A stretch of 64,000 bases of DNA from contig CDRNST010000045.1 in NCBI GenBank assembly GCA_977016875.1, positions 1,178,001 through 1,242,000 on the forward strand, written 5' to 3'. Origin of the DNA: Pavona decussata (Eukaryota). The translations under genes and the position numbers were made by a program. How positions within the stretch are numbered: the first letter of the stretch is position 1; each line of letters starts with the position of its first letter. This document shows, piece by piece, positions 62,633 to 64,000 of the stretch. The notes beneath the pieces are model-generated. The model had not been told where the DNA came from. It was given only the letters and a program-made list of their open reading frames with translations, and searched no databases.

Positions 62633-62990
62633 GTGGCATTCCGATGTTGTTATTGTTCCAGCTTTACTGGTAATACATTCCAAAAGCTCCTTAGTCATAA
62701 CAAGTTTATTCACAGTCTTGAGCCAAACTTCACGACAGCATGCAGACAGCATGCAGCGATTGTGGTCAATCATTTCAGAAGTTTAACTCGTTTAAATCTC
62801 ACATTCAACGAAAACACAGCGAGAACATTCTTGCTGATAGACAGGAAAATGAAGTCGCGATAGAAGACAACGACAATCTGCACGCAAATTCAAGTGAGGA
62901 GGAGGATCATGCAGAGGATGTTGTTAAGGAAGAAGAACCCAGGAAGTTCGTCAATGAAATGACCAGATTTTTAGCTTTGTTCCTTTTCAT
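62633..62990 (+). pseudogene. C2H2 zinc-finger N-terminus of a probable EnSpm-like transposase, truncated
   Basis: FRCCYC...LLSHNKFIH and CSDCGQSFQKFNSFKSHIQRKH, acidic linker, ALFL; divergent from the SAM gene. Confidence 0.55.
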
Positions 62991-63148
62991 CGCCAGAAAA
63001 GTCGAATCACTTTGGGCGGTGCTTAGTCAGATGCACTCGGGCATATCAAATAAGCTGTCTATCATATTTTTGTTTTCTCCGCTATCTGATTGGTTCACGG
63101 CTCACTTACCAAACCGCATTGTGCACATTCTTTTCCTGTGCATTCAAA

Positions 63149-64000
63149 ATGGCGGCTCGAAGAGAAAAGGGATTTTACGCGTCGCTGAATAGCGTATCTT
63201 CGGTTAATATGCTTCTGCAAGCGAAAACACAAAGAATAAAAGGAAGAGGACGGCTCTGGGAGGTGGAGCGTCTCATTGCGGATAGAGAAAACACTACGGT
63301 AAGTGGAATTTCATCGGTGGTTATATCATCTGCTGCAGCTGTGGAAGTGGTAATTCTGTTGTTAAACTCATTATTTGCAACGAGAGCTCTGACATGATCG
63401 GGAAAAGGAAAGAAGATTTAGTGTTGGTTTAATTAATCAATAATTTAGAGTTCTCTTTATTTTTATTCGCTGACAGAGGACCACTGAATACTTAGTTTTG
63501 TGGAAGGGTTACTCTCCCTATGATTCAACATGGGATTGCGAATTTACGAGTTATTGATACTTGCTGCTTACAATAATTCTAACAACGTTTTCCAATTGAT
63601 GTTGTCAAGGAGAATATTTTATTTATAAGTTAAGATATTGCTCAACATTTTGCAATGACCTGTTTTGTTTTGATCAGTTAAATAATTCTCTTTACTAATT
63701 TTGTTGCTTATGGTGCGTTAGGTGTTGAGAATATAGTATTGATCAATAGCGGATGCTTACTTATTCTATTACAACTACAAAGTTATGAGCTTTAATGCAT
63801 GACTAAAGTGAAAAGAGGTTATACAATTGTTCTCTGACTCAGTTATAATTCCCTTTCAGATTTTTCAAGAATCCAGTGCCAGGTGAAGTGGTGATCTTTG
63901 GTGAGGTGACCACGCTGCGGATAGCTGTAGAGCGGCACCTCAAAGCAAAGAGTCGATCACCTGTGACCATCAACTTTAGAGGAGATGTCTACAGGTGTCT
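63149..64000 (+). CDS. Spliced chromodomain-containing gene running off the right edge (integrity uncertain)
   Basis: Exon 63149-63298 (...LWEVERLIADR) joins in phase 0 to 63477 (RTTEYLVLWKGYSPYDSTW); further exon from about 63860; reverse CCAAT box at about 63088. Confidence 0.75.

Overview
This is eukaryotic, AT-rich, intron-containing DNA; the repeat content suggests a cnidarian, probably a stony coral (inference, not verified). The window is almost entirely a nest of transposable elements with no recognisable housekeeping gene, and most short entries in the ORF track are spurious or are single exons. From left to right: a Gypsy 5' remnant, an L2/CR1 scrap and a Tx1/L1 3' half; a decayed P-superfamily-like transposase carrying an inserted NHL beta-propeller, SAP motif and Cys cluster; and a long minus-strand spliced gene (P-loop NTPase, coiled coil, C-terminal PHD finger). 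That gene is interrupted by a complete 13.8-kb Sola1-type transposon (54-bp TIRs, AAAT TSD) and a 7.9-kb Kolobok element (TTAA TSD). The Sola1 element carries an intact transposase, an intact 3-exon BEN-domain gene, an 18-unit CpG-rich tandem array between the two genes, and a nested intact hAT element. Further right: an L2/CR1 copy, a Dada-like transposase split across opposite strands, a DD37E IS630-Tc1 remnant with a second ORF, a full-length Ngaro-type tyrosine-recombinase retrotransposon with split direct repeats, a second Gypsy 5' half, EnSpm-like SAM and C2H2 gene starts, a chromodomain gene and many MITEs. Best candidates for undescribed biology: the Sola1 + BEN gene + CACGC array module, the P-like NHL/SAP transposase, and the spliced NTPase-PHD gene. 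All family assignments come from motif recognition by eye, not database searches.
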